From Octopus sinensis (taxonomy: Eukaryota), in the NCBI RefSeq assembly GCF_006345805.1, contig NC_042998.1, positions 85,560,001 to 85,624,000 of the forward strand: a stretch of DNA of 64,000 nucleotides, given 5' to 3'. The translations under genes and the position numbers were made by a program. Positions 28,890 through 39,921 of this stretch are shown here, one piece after another; the stretch's first letter is position 1; each line of letters starts with the position of its first letter. The notes below the pieces were generated by a model that saw nothing but the letters and a program-made list of their open reading frames with translations, was not told the origin of the DNA and searched no databases.

Positions 28890-29071
28890 GAAGTGAAAGA
28901 ATTTGCTAAACCAGAAGAAGTAACAAATGAACAAGTTTTCTCTGAAGTCTATCACACTTTGATCCATTCTCCTGCTTTAGAGACACTTTTAAACTTGGAA
29001 CATTCGTATGCTATGGACATTGAAAATATCACTCAAAATCGTGATGAGGATATCGCACACTTAGAGAACAA
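28890..29071 (+). CDS. C12orf4: C12orf4/FERRY3 coding exon (phase 0/2)
   Basis: tttcag|GAA...AA|gtatt; EVKEFAKPEEVTNEQVFSEVYHTLIHSPALETLLNLEHSY, matching the conserved VYHxLIHSPAxETLLNLEH motif. Confidence 0.93.
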
Positions 29072-29290
29072 GTATTTTTTACTATTTTTGATTGATTGCT
29101 TGCTTTCTTTATTTGTAACTTCACCACCACTATCACCATCATCACATTACCTTCTGTATTAAGAGTACTACTATCATTATGTTTATTAAAGTTGTGTTAT
29201 ATATATATATATATACATATATATAATAGGTTCCCCACCTGGACAGGATACCGGTCCGTCGCAGGTGAGTTGCTAGATGCAGGAGGAAAG

Positions 29291-29652
29291 AGTAAAATGT
29301 AAAGCTTTGTATGAGCTTTGTTGTGTTAAGTACTGGTTATCACAAAAGTATTAAAATACAGAGATATATTCTTTGATGATAATAAGAAAACGTAAAAAAC
29401 AGTTTACAAGAAAGTATTTAAGAAAGTATTCAGAACGGGGCTCCAAAAAGTAGAATTCAATAAAACATGATTTTTATTGAACTCTACTTTTTGGAGTCCC
29501 GTTCTGATTACTTTCTCAAATACTTTCTTTCTTGTAAACTGTTTTTTAACATTTTCTTATTATTATCAAAGAATGCATTTCTGTATTTTAATACTTTTGT
29601 GATAACCAGTACTTAACACAACAAAGCTCATACAAAACTTTTACATTTTACT
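29291..29652. repeat. ~360-bp near-perfect palindrome (foldback element)
   Basis: The left arm 29291-29465 is complementary to the right arm ~29470-29652 with few mismatches or indels; centre aataaaa-catga-tttttatt. Confidence 0.9.
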
Positions 29653-29728
29653 TTTGACAATCTTTTTCTAAAAAAGTGAAACCAGTCAAGTGAACAAACA
29701 TCTTTAAGATTGCATTTTCAAACCTTCG

Positions 29729-29821
<93 letters not shown>

Positions 29822-31469
29822 TTAGCGTCCGTTTTCTATGCTAGCATGGGTTGGACGATTTAATTGGGGTCTGTGAAGCCGGAAGGCTTCATCAGGCCCA
29901 GTCAGATTTGGCAGTGTTTCTACGGCTGGATGCCCTTCCTAACGCCAACCACTCCGTGAGTGTAGTGGGTGCTTTTTACGTGCCACCTGCACAGGTGCCA
30001 GACAGAGCTGGCAAACGGCCACGAACGGATGGTGTGTTTACGTATCACTGGCACGGGGGCCAGGCGAGGCTGGCAACGGATATGAACGGATGGTGCTTTT
30101 ACGTGCTACCGGCACGGGGGCCAGGCGAGGCTGGCAACGGACACGAACGGATGGTGCTTTTTACATGCTACCAGCACGGGGGCCTACTTGTTTCAGTCAT
30201 ATTAGACTGCAGTCATGCTGGAGCACCACCTTGAAGAAATTTAATCAAATGTATTGTCCCCAGTACTATTTTTTAAAACCTGGTACTTATGCTATTGGTC
30301 TCTTTTGCCGACCCACTAAGTTAGAAGGATGTGAACACACTAACACTGATTGTCAAGTGGTGGTAGGGGACAAACACACACATCAAGCTTCTTTCAATTT
30401 CCATCCCCAAATCAGCTCACAAGGCTTCGGTTGGCCCAGGGTTATAATAGAAGACACTTTCCCAAAGTGCCATACAGTGGAACTAGCTTTATTGTTGTTA
30501 TTGTTTAACCCCTAAGCCAACTCTAATGAAGCAAATTTATGGTCAATGAAATTGTATCCCTGACTAGATTATTTATTATCTCCTTTCTTTGCCTTAACCC
30601 TTTTAATACTAACTTACCTGAATCTGCCCCTGATTCTATGATACAAACTTCCTATTTTCTGGTGATTTAAATCAAAATTTCCCATTGAAATATCATGTTA
30701 ATTTTTGTTATTTTCAAAATTAATTAAAACAAATGCAGTGTATTTCTGTAGAAATATGATAATGATATGGTGAAAGAAGTTAGGGATTCAAAGAAGTTAG
30801 AATTTAAAGGACATTTAGTTGTGAAACTCTAACAGGCTGAGTGAGAATGTAGATGCTCTGTGGCTCAAATTACAACTTTGTGATGTGCGCACTTTATATA
30901 TATATATATATAAATGAAACATTAGTGTTTTTTGTTGTGCAACTGTGGATTAGATGGAGTTTTAGAAAACTTGGATATTTTTATAGGAATTATTGGAGTT
31001 AGTATATATCATCATCATCATCATCGTCCGCTTTCCATGCTAGCATGGGTTGGACGGTTCATGCTACATATATATATATACATGCTTTTGGCCAATTTTC
31101 AAATTTTTAATCAAGTTAGGAACTGAAAAAATTATCTACTTTTTCCAGAAAGATAGACTGAAACAAATATAGAAATGTATTTAGATTAAAGACAAACCAT
31201 TCGCTATGGCAAGGTTTGAAAGTTTGATCATGTGACTTTATTTAGCCAGTATTACAACATCTAACTACATAACATACCTTTCATTCTTCCAAGGTCAATA
31301 AAATAAATACTGACCTGAGTCAAATACGAGAGGTGGAGCATCATCAATTAAACTGATGGTACCCCTCCACCAAACCATTTATCCTTGTGCTTCTGAAATT
31401 ATTACTATGAATGACATAATGACAACATCCAGAAAAGGCCCACCTGACTGATTGGCATAGATTTACTCA

Positions 31470-31770
31470 CAAATACACTCCAGCCTCTGACCCACAGGTG
31501 TTTTGTTTCTTCTCCCTCTTCTCCTGCTAATATAATGGCTTCTGCTGCTCAGACTGACAGACTTCATGCCATCTCTACTCAAGTGTTCCTGACACACTTG
31601 TCTTTCCTCTTATCCTCACCCTTCTTGAGTCCAAACTCATTGGCCCTGCACTAATGACTCAGTTCAGTCCTTCCCTCCTAGAATGTCTTCCCTCTGGAAT
31701 TCTGTCCCTACTCATGCCCTCCTTATAGGTGTTAATTTACAAAGAAACATTAATGCCATCAATCTCGCTA
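31470..31770 (+). mobile_element. CR1/L2-like LINE 3' end remnant
   Basis: Degenerate TNDSVQSF.PRMSSLWNSVPT..NLQRNINAINL, matching the CR1-type RT C-terminus (SFFPRTxxLWNSLP). Confidence 0.55.
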
Positions 31771-33091
31771 GTCTAAGAAAGCCTGCAAATATCATTGGTA
31801 CTTCCAAATCCAGCAAGTGGAAAAAAAACAAAACTGTTCTTAGAATTCTAAGTTTTACTAACAAGTCCTTTCTCGAGACAGTGATATTTGATAATAATCT
31901 CAAGGTATCTGATAAATTCTCTTAGCTAAGGGACATAATCTCTCTCACTAGTAGAATTTCATAGGACGCAGTATCAAAAGTTCTTAGAGACTAGAAGAAA
32001 AGTAAATCATTAAAGGTGAACTGCAGTCACTGAATAATATTAATTATACTTCTTTAGTTGATTATTAAAGAGTAACTGAAAACTATTAATCTTATATTTC
32101 ATGCTTTTTTTTTGCTTGCACATTTCAATCATTATATTTTCTGATCCCCCTTAAATACTTTAGCAGTCTTACATTTATACATGTATGCATGTAACTGCAC
32201 ACACATGTTTCAATGTGTGCATAAGCTCAATGAAGATATAAGAGTAGACTAAATATTTAGGTCAAGCTGTTTGAGATTTTGTCGTGTTTTATCTCAGAGT
32301 TCACTTGTTTTAATATTGATTTCTCAGATTAGTATAAGGTGACCAATTTATAGTGAAGAGGTATAATCTAGTGAACTGACTCCAATACATCATTGATATT
32401 TATGGTATTGATATTAACAGAAGGAAAAAAGAAAAGTATTTTCATCAGCACAGGGAGACAAAAGCTAAATATCATAGTTAAAGATTTAACTGAATTTTAA
32501 TTTGTCTCTGAAGACCAAAAACTGAGATTTAATATGTGATAGTTCTATATTCAAATGATATGAAAATCAATCTTTGATTCTTCTCTAGCTTGATGTTAAT
32601 AAGTAAGCTGTTAATAGGGTGCATGGATGGCTGTGTGGTTAAAAAATTTGTTTCATAACCACTTGGCTTGGAGTTCAGTCTCACTGTGTGATACTTCAGT
32701 AGATATTTTCTACAACAGCCCTAGGCTAACCAATGTCATATGTGTGGATTTGATAGATGGAAAATGTGTGGAAGCCCATTGTGTGTGTGTGTGTGTTCGT
32801 GAATGTGTGTGTGTGTGTTCGTGAATGTGTGTGTGTGTATGTTTGTGTGTGTGTGTGTCTTTGTGTTCATCTCTCACCACTTGACGATCAGTTTTAGTTT
32901 GTTTACATCTCCATAACTTAATAATTCAGCAAAAAGTGACTAATAGAATTAGTGCGAGACTTAAGTACTGGGGCCAATTTGGTCAACTAAAAACCCTTCA
33001 AAGCAGTACTCCAGTTTGGCTGCAGTTCAAAGAACATGTATAAAGAATAAAATATTTTATATAATTTTTTTTTAATATTGTTTTCTCGCAG

Positions 33092-33191
33092 ACAGCAGAA
33101 AGAAATGGAAGATGCTCTTCAGAAAGCCGGAACAGTATACACGGATGAACAAATAAACCAAATTGCACAACATCATTTTGAGCAAACACAG
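33092..33191 (+). CDS. C12orf4: C12orf4/FERRY3 coding exon (phase 2/0)
   Basis: ctcgcag|A CAG...CAG|gtgtg; QQKEMEDALQKAGTVYTDEQINQIAQHHFEQTQ vs human [33 protein letters not shown]. Too short for the ORF track. Confidence 0.9.
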
Positions 33192-33702
33192 GTGTGAAGT
33201 TTAAGTTTTTTGGGTTTTTTTGTATCTTAACTTTTTTGTTTGTCTTTTTTTCCCCCAATATTAGTAACAATTAGCTATGTCTAGATTCTTAATGTATGTT
33301 CTTGTTACCGTCTGCTATAACATATAATATTACACTATACCTAGCAAAAAACATAAGATTGCTAGAATATTTTGATCAGGTCCAACTTTGACTAAAAAAG
33401 AGATCATATTGAATAAGGTTTCTCAGACGTAATTGCTCTTTTTGCCCTGTACCTATCAAATTCAGTTCTGCTTTTAACATTACGAAATATTTGATCATTC
33501 CCTATATCGAGGAAGCAATTTTATAACACCCTCAATCCATGAACAGAACATGATATCACTGTATATGCTAAACCTCAAAATCTCTGACTGTCATTCATAG
33601 AGACTACACATCTATATTACTGATGAAAGATATTAAATTAGGATGATGATGGTGATGATATATACCTACATACACATGTTAATCTGTTTCTATTTAAAAA
33701 AG

Positions 33703-33827
33703 GTTGTGAACAGTAAATGGGCTAGTGAACTATCTAATCGACATGAAACACAGAAACGTGAATATAGAAACTGGGTCATGAAGGTTCATGAAGACACACA
33801 AGCCACTGTAGGATCTCCCCATCCAGT
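33703..33827 (+). CDS. C12orf4: C12orf4/FERRY3 coding exon (phase 0/2)
   Basis: aag|GTT...GT|gtaagg; VVNSKWASELSNRHETQKREYRNWVMKVHED vs human KWSNEL...QKQEYQEWVIKLHQD. The acceptor is weak (A-rich) but the frame is consistent. Confidence 0.87.
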
Positions 33828-35579
33828 GTAAGGACTTTTCTTGTATATTTGATGACCACTATATTCTTGCATACCACTCTTGTATTGTGTGCTTTCTGCA
33901 TGATGCCCACTGTAATGAGACTGCATCAGGTTTATTATTCCCATCAGTAACAGATTTAGCACAATGAATAGGTTATGAAGTCTGATATCTGAGTGTTGGC
34001 TCTTACAGACAAAGTCTCACCACCACTACCATTAACAACAGTAACTAGAATAATAATTGTCATCATCATTATCATCACCTTCATTGCCATCATAATCATC
34101 ATCATCCATTCTCCATACCGGCATAGTTAGATGACCCAAGTCAGTTCTAATTCAGAGTTATTATCACCTACCACTCAGATTTCTTACATAGGCATGGGAC
34201 CAAAAAATTGGCATGAAGTAACAGTCAGATATTCCTCAATTTCAGTACTTGACTGATAATATTTTATTTAAACTCTGAAATGAAGAAATGCAAAGTTGAT
34301 TGCAGTGAAATCTAAATTCAAAATCTAACTAAATAGCACAAAGCATTTTGTCTGACACTGTAATAATTTTACCAGATGGTTTCATAGGAAGACCTGATGG
34401 GGGTCGTAATAAAACCAAAATATGTCTGGAGTTGTCCCCCATACTTCATATAGTAATTCATCATCATCGTCTAACGTCTGCTTTCCATGCTAGCATGGTT
34501 GGACGATTTGACTGAGGACTGGCGAACCAGATGGCTGCACTAGACTCCAATCTGATCTGGCAGTTTTTACTGCTGGATTCCCTTCCTAACGCCAACCACT
34601 CCAAGAGTGTAGTGGGTGCTTTTACGTGCCAAGGCACGAGGGCCAGTCAGGTGGTACTGGCAACGGCCATGCTCAAATGGTGTTTTTTACATGCCACCTG
34701 CACAGAAGTCAATCCAGCAGCACTGGCAACGACCTCGCTCGAATGTTTTTTCATGTGCCACCGGCACAAGTACCTGTAACGAGATGCTGGTAACGATCAC
34801 GCTCGAATGGTGCTTTTTACGTGTCACTGGTATGGAAGCCAGTTAGCTGCTCTAGCAACAATCACGCTTGGATGGTGCTCTTAGCGCTCCACTAGCACGG
34901 GTGCCAGTCATTGAATTTGATTTCAATTTCACTTTCCTCAACAGATCTTCGCAAGCAGAGTTTAGTGTCCAATGAAGAAAAGGTATGCATAAGTGGGCTG
35001 GTTACACCCCTGGCATTTGACTGTTGTTTTGTCCTAATTGCACAATTATTTCTAGTTAGCTTTCTGATGATTCTTGCATTAAATGTGTTAATACTAACTA
35101 TTGTTTTAATGTAGCTGGTATGTTTAAAATAAATAAAATTTAGTTACTTGTGAGTCCATTTTATGAGTGCTTATTCACTTTGCGTATGAGAGACCAAATT
35201 ATCAGTGATACAGATATTCAATTAATTAGTATGTAAAAATAAGAACATATCGTATTTATTTGCCATTTTATGATGTGATATAAATGGATGGAGCTTGAAT
35301 TGTTTAATATTTTCTGAAGCATTGATTCAGACATTAATTGAATCCTGATTATTTGTGATGAATTTGCTTGATATGTGACAAAGAAACAAGAAGTCCATAA
35401 ACTGAGTCATATATATATATACACATAGTCTTTTATGTAGCACCAATCATTTGATTATGCCCATGCCAAGGTCTTATGTACAAATTTCCATAAACATACA
35501 AATTCATATCTAAATTCATTTATACTAGCATTAAACAAGAAAAAAATTTAAGTAAGTGTTTGCATTTTCCTTTTGTTAG

Positions 35580-35686
35580 TCGTCGTGTGCGGGCCATGAC
35601 TGCCTCAGCACTGCCTGAAGCAGAAGAAGATGAAAGAATCGGACGGTCACGAATTCGGTTAGAAGAAAGTTTCACCATTCACCTAG
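35580..35686 (+). CDS. C12orf4: C12orf4/FERRY3 coding exon (phase 2/1)
   Basis: ttgttag|T CGT...G|gtagg; ends RLEESFTIHLG, the conserved LEESFTIHLG motif. Confidence 0.93.
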
Positions 35687-36392
35687 GTAGGCAAATTAAT
35701 TTTCTTCTCAAATATCTTCCTATTTTTCATTTCATTTTTTTTAGTATTTTTTAAAAAATCTTTTAGCCAGTGGGTTATACAGTGCCTGAGGCTCACTACT
35801 GAGCCTTTCAGACTGTTGAGAGGAAGGGAGAAGATTATCCTCAAACTAGAGATCTGATCTGAATGCATGTGTGGATTCTGTTGAAGGTACCCATAGACAA
35901 GGTGATGGTATTAAATGCTATATAGATTGACATGGGATTGTGACATACTGGACTTGATGTAAATATGTTTGCTGTTACATTTCATTCAGATCTAGAATTA
36001 GAAAACAAATATCAAATTAACTTTAAAGATGATATGAATTTTATCCAAATTTTAAACTTAAATCGTCTCAGAATTAAACGTCTGGATGTTAAAGGGAAAC
36101 AACTCTTGTAATGTTGTAATGACTAAATTTAAGAAAATTAGATAAATTCGTATGTAAACATAGGAACATATATTTATTTACGATTTTATGATGTGATATA
36201 AATGAATGGAGCTTGAATTGTTAAATATTTTCTGAAGTTTTGATTCAGGGGATAAATTGAACCGAGGTCGTTTGTAATAAATTTACTTGATGTGTAATAA
36301 AATGGTAGGTTGATGATGTTTCAAGCAAAAACATATAACTTTTCAGTTGCAAGTTTTTAATGCTTTCTGTTTCTATTACTGTCATTGTACAG

Positions 36393-36477
36393 GGGCACAA
36401 ATGAAGACAACACACAACTTGAGGCTTGTGTGTACAGATATTCTTGATCTCTGTCGTCATAAACCCCATACAGTTGG
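36393..36477 (+). CDS. C12orf4: C12orf4/FERRY3 coding exon (phase 1/2)
   Basis: gtacag|GG GCA...GG|gtaagt; AQMKTTHNLRLVCTDILDLCRHK vs human [23 protein letters not shown]. Confidence 0.93.
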
Positions 36478-37399
36478 GTAAGTTGTTATTTCCTTTCTTT
36501 ATTGTAATCTGAAACTGAAAAATCTAAGTTTTCACTCCCTCATATTTTAACATTGTTTAACTGTTAAATACAAATGTAATTCAAATGTCTTCAGAGCCTT
36601 GTGGTACTTATAAAGGTTAATGTTTTGCTCTGATTTCATAAATGAAATCTATGAGAAGGAAGGTTTCTGCTTATCACAGCTAATATCCAACATCTAAGTA
36701 CTGAGACAAGAGAGCAAATGTATCTCCTTCAAGGTACACCTTGCTGTTTAAAATAAAAGAACAACACAATGAATAAATGTAGCCTTAGATACACTGTAGG
36801 TGTGAGTATGGCCATATGGTTAAGAAGCTTGCTTCCCGGCCATGTGTTATTAGGTTCAGTTCCACTGTAGGGTACCTTGGGCAAATGACTTCTACTATAT
36901 CCTCAGGTTGACCAAAGCCTAATAAGTGGGAATGGTAGATGGAAACTGAAAGAAGCCTGCTATGTGCACTTGTGTGTGTGTACACCTTCGTCTTGACATC
37001 TCATGATGGCTATAAACAAGCATCACCATTATATAGGTAATGTTTATTTCCAGTCCCATGAAAAACATGTCCAACTATGAGAAAATATTACCTTGCTTGG
37101 AAACAAGTTAGTGTTGGCAACAGGAAGGGTACCGAGTCGTAGAAAATCTACCTCAACAAATTCCACTTAATCCATGCAAGCATGGAAAAGTGAACATTAG
37201 ATGATAACTGTTTTCCCCATGATGTAGGCTGGGTGAAGGAAAGCTTATATAAGTAATCGGAGGTAAAAGGGAATAGGCTCTCTCCATGATATAATATATA
37301 TTTATACACACACACACATACACACACACACACGCACGTTAATATTGAACAATGAGAATGAGTGCTCAACATAGCATTGGGGGATAACAATTCTTTATC

Positions 37400-37605
37400 T
37401 ATGGGTTAAGGCTACCCTTGGTTTCATATTAAAAAAGAAATACTTTAACAATTGTCAAGCCTGCCACATGGAACATTGGAGTTCATCTCCTCCTTAGTTT
37501 TAATCCAAATTAGAAACAATCCTTGATGTTCCATGTGGTAAGCTTGATAATTGTTGTTAAATGATTTCTCTCTTATCATGAAACTAATGGTAGCCTTAAC
37601 TCATA
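37400..37605. mobile_element. TA-flanked MITE (Tc1/mariner-type)
   Basis: TA|TGGGTTAAGGCTACC ... GGTAGCCTTAACTCA|TA; ~77-bp imperfect arms and a ~40-bp spacer. Confidence 0.7.
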
Positions 37606-37729
37606 TGTATATATATTCATCGTCGTCATCATCATTTTAACATCTATTTTTTCCATACCTGTATGGGTCACATGGAATTTGATTTCCTCTAACTGGATGT
37701 TCTTCCTGTCACCAACACTCACACCCTTA

Positions 37730-38116
37730 CTAATGCTAGATGTAGAGGCTTATTTAGCATTTGATGCCATTGTTGGCAAAAAGTCAAACAGCATCTCATC
37801 CAGGTCAATCCTGTTCATAATCAAATTTGCTCTTTGGTTCAAAAGTTTGATATCCCTTTCTTCTATCTGGTGCAGCTCCTTTACTTTTGTAACAGTCTAC
37901 AACGATACTACTATTCTAACCATTGGGCATGACACCTTCTTATATTACCTGATTGACTAGTTGAATGACTAGCCCACACTTTATTTCTGCAGATGTTTTA
38001 AGCATCTCAGCAACCATCTCTGATGATCCAGCTGCATTTCCAGTCTTAATCACTTTATTTACCAGACTGCTTCAACTTGAATAACTGGTCCCTCTGTTAG
38101 AGTCACTTGGGGTTGA

Positions 38117-38147
<31 letters not shown>

Positions 38148-38250
38148 CCCTCTCTCTCTCCAATAGTGCTGGCCTCTTATTATACCACAGACAGTATGGT
38201 ATACTGGTATACCATACACCAAGGAGACCTAACTTATCCCTTGGCATAAT
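37730..38250 (-). mobile_element. Degenerate RTE LINE RT fragment interrupted by (GA)n
   Basis: GVMPNG..SIVVDCYK.KGAA...KL..QV pattern of the early RT domain; many disruptions. Confidence 0.6.
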
Positions 38251-38893
38251 AGTATTGTGGCCATCTGATATTCAATAGATATGTGGTTCAATTATTGGTG
38301 ATTCTGCCCTCTTTTCCTATCTAAGGGGTATTTTTATCTGATATATTATGAGCTTCATTTGCATATATTTTCAAATTTCTCAATGCTTTAAACAAACATA
38401 AATACACTCACACACCCTTTTAATGACTGTTTGGTTCCCTTTTGATTTCAGTCTCAATTCCTGTTACCTTGGGCAAGTATCTTCTACTGTGGCCTCAAAA
38501 GACTCGTGAGTGGATGTAGTAGGTGGTAATTGAAAGAAGCCCAACCTGCCTCCAACCTTCACCTTTTCACCTTAGAAACAGATGAGGATTGGTGGTAAGG
38601 AGACTGACTGCATAAAATCTGCCTCATCAAGTTCCAGCCAACACATGCAAGCATGGAAAAATAGATGTTAAAATGATGATAATGATGATGATGTGTATCA
38701 TGTGTGTAAGTGTGTGCAAGGGTCAGATGGAACTTATTGGGGCAGACAAGATGCCCTTCCTGTCACCAACCCTCTTTTCTTTCCAAGGAAGATAATATCT
38801 TCCAATGGCCAGAATGTTTTCACAGAAGTTCAGTTGTATGATGGAGATATTCATTTACAACCACCATGCAATGTCAAAACAGTGGGGTGACAT

Positions 38894-38972
<79 letters not shown>
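38894..38972. repeat. (CA)n microsatellite
   Basis: Nearly pure CA run. Similar (GT)n at 43747-43822 and (CT)n at 58272-58370. Confidence 0.95.
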
Positions 38973-38974
<2 letters not shown>

Positions 38975-39605
38975 TATATGACTGGCTTCTTTCAGTTTTC
39001 CTCTGCTAGCTTCACTCGAAGGCTTTGGCTGGCTTGTAGACATAAGAGACTTTCTCAAGATTCTGTGTAGTATAATTGAATCTGAAACCACATGGTTGGG
39101 TAGCAGCAGACTTCTTAACCAAGCCTGTGTCTGTAGAAGACACTTGGCCGAGGTATCACTCAGTGGGACTGAATCTGAAACCATGTGGTTGGGAAGCAAG
39201 CTTCGTACTGTACAGCTATGCTCATGTAATGTGTGTCTGCTAATTGTAAACAAACTTCACTGTCATACAAGCAGTGTCATTCATTAGCAGTCTTTGTGAA
39301 AACATGTCTGGCCATTGTGCTGTTCATGTGCAATTGCCTTGCTTTCAAACAAGTGAGGGTCGGTAACAGGGAGAGCATCCAGCCATAGAAAATCTACCTC
39401 AATGAAAATTTTATGATAGATACATGCAAACATGGAAAAACAAATGTTAAGATGATGATGACGATATATATATATTTGTGTGTGTGTGTATCACTAATTA
39501 TGAATAAATTTTGAGCTCTCAAAGCTATATATGGTAACATTGTACAGGAGGAAAAACAAAAGTACAAATTTAACTTGTGACCAGTTTCCCTTTTGCAGTG
39601 GGATT

Positions 39606-39921
39606 TGTGAAATCTGTGCTTTTATTTATAAATCTAAAAGTTTCTTGATGTTTCGCTGTAAACAGAAGCACACAAGCACTCGAGACTTGACTGAGCAATT
39701 TAACACTCAGGCATCAAAATCACTGGAGAAATCAATGCATTTTTTGCCAGAAGGTTTGCAAATCTAACGGAGGCCTCAAAAGACATTTTAAGATCCACAA
39801 AGATCAGAACTTAGTGGCTTCTGGTGGTCCAAATCGGATATACAATCTATGTGGGTGTCCTTTCAAAATATTGTCTGGTTTAAGAAGCTACATCAGATGC
39901 CATGATGATTCTAAGGTGTAG
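39606..39921 (+). pseudogene. Degenerate triple C2H2 zinc-finger module (LINE tail or ZNF remnant)
   Basis: CEICAFIYKSKSFLMFRCKQKH; after a frameshift CIFCQKVCKSNGGLKRHFKIH (perfect C-x2-C-x12-H-x3-H) and YNLCGCPFKILSGLRSYIRCH, then TAG. Confidence 0.7.

Noticed and set aside
21867-36301. Two unrelated local duplications with similar offsets (922 and 918 bp)
   Set aside because: Different sequences and different ages; two instances cannot be distinguished from coincidence.
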